Shown here one piece after another: positions 60,724 through 64,000 of a stretch of DNA of 64,000 nt (positions within the stretch are counted from its first letter, which is position 1; each line of letters begins with the position of its first letter). Origin of the DNA: Yuukianura sp. NJ FZ-2021 (Eukaryota); assembly GCA_046563655.1 (NCBI GenBank), contig CM102286.1, positions 14,570,001 through 14,634,000 of the forward strand, read 5' to 3'. Made by a program: the position numbers and the translations under genes. The notes beneath the pieces are model-generated. The model had not been told where the DNA came from. It saw only the letters and a list, made by a program, of their open reading frames with translations, and did not search any database.

Positions 60724-63267
60724 ATGGCATATCCTCACACGCGAAAAGATCCGTCGTTCAGGGAACTTTTGTTGGCCATTATTGCATTTGTGGATTTGGT
60801 AATCAAGTTTTAACTAACTTTAACTTCTGTTTTAACTTTAACTTCAGGTTTAACCTTAATTGCAGTTTTAACCTTAATTTCAATTACAATGAAATATTTT
60901 AGTGCCTGGGAGTAATTACATTGTTTGCTACTTTGCCACCCATCATTGTCATTCTGCTCGCTGGTGACTCGGGACCATTTGCATTCAATGCGGGTATTTA
61001 AATTAATTAAATTAGTTAAATATTTAATTGTAATTACTCGTAATTACCTTAATTGTAATTATCTTAATTGTAATTACTGGGTTCAGGGACAATCGACTAT
61101 GTTCGGATCATTGGAACTTTTTCAATTGCATTTTTTGCTGTGGTTGAAGTGCTGAGTGGAGCTACATATTTGTATTGCAGTGACTGCTGTGTAAGTAAAG
61201 GTCAAAGGTCACTTCTTTTTCAAAATTACTTTTTTAAATTTTGAACTATTTTTGTTTTGTCCTTTTAGAGATCAAAGTCCGTTTGTTTCGGTTTCAAATC
61301 CTTCGTGTTCTTGGTTTTGGAAGTTTGTGAATTTGCCATTCCACTTTGCGTTGTTAAAAATTACTCTGAAATGGTCGATTTTCTGATCACTGCTCCAGGA
61401 TTTTATTGTTATGTTCTGTATCTACTCAAATTCAATCCACTTACAATTGGACTCTTTGTGTACCAAGCAATTGCGTGCTTAATTGTCATTTGTTCCAAAA
61501 ATAAGAAAAGTGCGGACCGAAAGCAGCTTCAAATTCCGCAGCGCAGACGCCAGGAAAAGAGTATTCCACTTTTGCCCATCTCTGTCTACTCCCAACCGCC
61601 AATCATCACTCAAGTTCAAAATGGCGCCAATTCTTCTGCTTCAATTTTGTTTCCGACCTTGCGTGTAAGCGATTTAGACAGTGTTGCAATCGCTGGAAGT
61701 TCAAGGACATGCTCATGGAACTACTCCGCAGTAAGATTTTTTTTATTAAAATGTTCAAAAGTTTGAAAACTTTCATTTTGTTTCAAAATTTTTAGAACAA
61801 ACTGGGAACTTTTTCGGATTCATCGTCAGTTTCGCTCTACAAACGGCTGAGATCGAATTGTATCAAAAGTCGCGTACTCTACGAAGATCCAGATTTTCCA
61901 GCCACTTTTGCATCACTTAATACCGAAAATGGAAGACAAATCAAATGGAAACGACCGCATGTAACTCACTGTCATCTGAATTTAATTTAATTAATCAAGA
62001 TTAACTTTAATTGACTTGTATTTTAACAATTTTAATAATTTGACAATTACTCCAGGAGATTCATAGCAATCCTAAGTTTTTCAGCGGAAATGGTGTCAAT
62101 GGCGTTACTAGGTTCGATGTGAAACAGGGAGACCTAGGTGAAAAATCATCCTGGTTAATCTAATTAGTTAATTAATTTTAATGTTAATTAAAATGATAAT
62201 GTTAACTTAACATATTCTTTAGGCGATTGTTGGCTTCTTGCTGCCATTGCCAACTTGACGCTTCACCCTACACTGTTTCATCGTGTAGTGCCTGTAGACA
62301 ATGCAGAGGACTTGAAGGACAGGAAGGAATATGCTGGAATCTGCCACTTCAAGTAATCAAAAATTAACTAACTTGTGTTAATTAATTAAATTTGTTAATT
62401 AATTAAATTTTCATGATTTTAGCTTCTGTGACGTCAGTGGCAACTGGAGAGAAGTGATCATCGACGACCGTTTGCCTACTGTAGATGGACAACTCGTCTT
62501 CATGACCTCTGCAGACGCTGATGAATTCTGGAGTTGCTTATTGGAAAAGGCTTTTGCCAAGTAAAATACCAAAAAAGAACTTTTAGAAAATTTGACCTAT
62601 GACATTTGACCTTGGATTTAGATTTAAAGGGGGCTCTTATGGGGACTTGGAAGGGGGCAACCCTGGAGTGGCCATGCACCACTTCACTGGTGGAACTATT
62701 GAAAACATTGATTTACAAAGAGGTCACAAGGACGTTACTCTTTCTGCTCTCTTTCAAATGATGGACAGTGCTCTCATGGCGGGAAACTTAATTTCAGCTG
62801 CCATTTTACGAATTGTAAGCTTTTTTTTAGTGGTCTTGACCTTTGACCTTTACTTTGTTGACCTTTGACCATTGCATTTTGCTTTCTTTTTAAGCCTGGA
62901 GAAAAGGACGGACTATTTGGGGGTCACGCTTACTCGATCACTGGAGTGAAGCGCCTGTTGCTGCAAAGCAGAGGTGCTGTGATGCTGATTCGAATTCGAA
63001 ATCCCTGGGGAACTGGAGATGAATGGACTGGAGAATGGAAAGATGGGTAAGGTCATTGACCTTTGACATTCAGCTTCACTCTTGATTAATTTGAATAATC
63101 AATTAACTTAAATGTCCAGACACCCCTTGTGGAACCAAGTGGACAAGAGGACTCGGAAGGACCTTGAACTCATCTTTGAAGAAGACGGAGAATTTTGGTT
63201 TCCGATGAAGGAATTCAAAAAATATTTTGATCTTCTGGAAATCTGCTACATCAATTCCACCGTCTAA
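60724..63267 (+). CDS. Calpain catalytic core (CysPc) with an N-terminal multi-pass transmembrane domain, 11 exons, 579 aa
   Basis: Exons 60724-60798, 60903-60993, 61087-61190, 61269-61730, 61796-61960, 62056-62137, 62223-62352, 62423-62560, 62622-62814, 62895-63046, 63120-63267 are all GT-AG and in frame. Motifs: [51 protein letters not shown]. Confidence 0.85.
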
Positions 63268-63757
63268 GGTCACATGTTCCACTCTCTCGGACATTTTAAA
63301 CGCTTTCCGAACGTTTTTATTTTAAAATCTGCCCATCCATACTCCATATTATTTACGTTACAGTTACAATTATTTTAGTTATGGACTTACTTAATTAACT
63401 CAATTTAATTGATGTTGTTACGAAATTTGGTTAATTAAGCGTCATTTCCTTTGATTTGACCTACTGCCCCCGCCATCTAACGACTACAGAATAAAATTAA
63501 ATTGGCGGGAAAAGGTGACAGTGGTTTGAGTGGTAGCTGTTATTAGTGCAACCGCAAAAATAAAAACACACCGCAAAAAAGTTTAATAAATGTGCTTTAT
63601 GATTTTAATTGCAAGCAACTAATCTCGATTAGTTAGTACTTAATTTTTGAAACGATTCATTGATTGTTGCGGTGCGAAGGTCAACTTAATTAATTGCAGC
63701 AACATACTAAAAGCTGCTTTGAATAATCAGCGATTGCCACTGCCTGACACTGAGAGT

Positions 63758-64000
63758 ATGGAGAATGCTGGAGCGAGTTTTGGACGGATGAAGTTGAAGA
63801 ATGCGGTTAACTTGAGGTCAGTTTAATCCTTTAATCGCATTCGTAGTCATGAAATTGATTAGCAAATTATGGATAATTTTTAGAGCAATCGTTTTTATGG
63901 AAAACGTATTTGAATCGTTTCTTCATTCTAGGGAATTTATGGAAACCAGAAGCATGGAATTCGAGTTGGATGCTGATTCTGAAGACATATCCTTTCAAAG
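63758..64000 (+). CDS. 5' part of an unidentified gene, truncated by the window end
   Basis: ATG at 63758 gives MENAGASFGRMKLKNAVNL. A GT-AG intron then leads to an in-frame exon from 63932 (EFMETRSMEFELDADSEDISFQ). Confidence 0.4.

Overview
This is gene-dense eukaryotic nuclear DNA from a compact-genome invertebrate, with short AT-rich GT-AG introns. An arthropod-type 5S rRNA and a CYP315/shadow-like P450 point to an arthropod or close relative. Spliced genes in order: SLC16/MCT transporter (5'-partial), an unusual Nudix-like/EF-hand/PPP phosphatase, TBCE, B9D2 immediately followed by Tectonic, an APP/APPL homologue, an activator-type E2F, an ELOVL elongase, Delta, alpha-neurexin, TMEM186, an orphan protein with a degenerate adenylate-kinase fold, a THOC6-like WD40 protein, B3GALT6, a lone 5S rRNA, an intronless divergent CYP315-like P450, a calpain and the start of one more gene. 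Main points of interest: (1) an 11-exon gene that joins a multi-pass transmembrane N-terminus in frame to an intact calpain catalytic core with no C-terminal CBSW/PEF domains; (2) a B9D2-Tectonic pair separated by only 9 nt and in the same frame, downstream of an RFX X-box; (3) X-boxes that tie the atypical phosphatase and the AK-like orphan to cilia; (4) very frequent AGGTCA/DR1-type repeats, some inside coding exons. All exon structures were read by eye and all homology calls come from motif recognition, not database searches.
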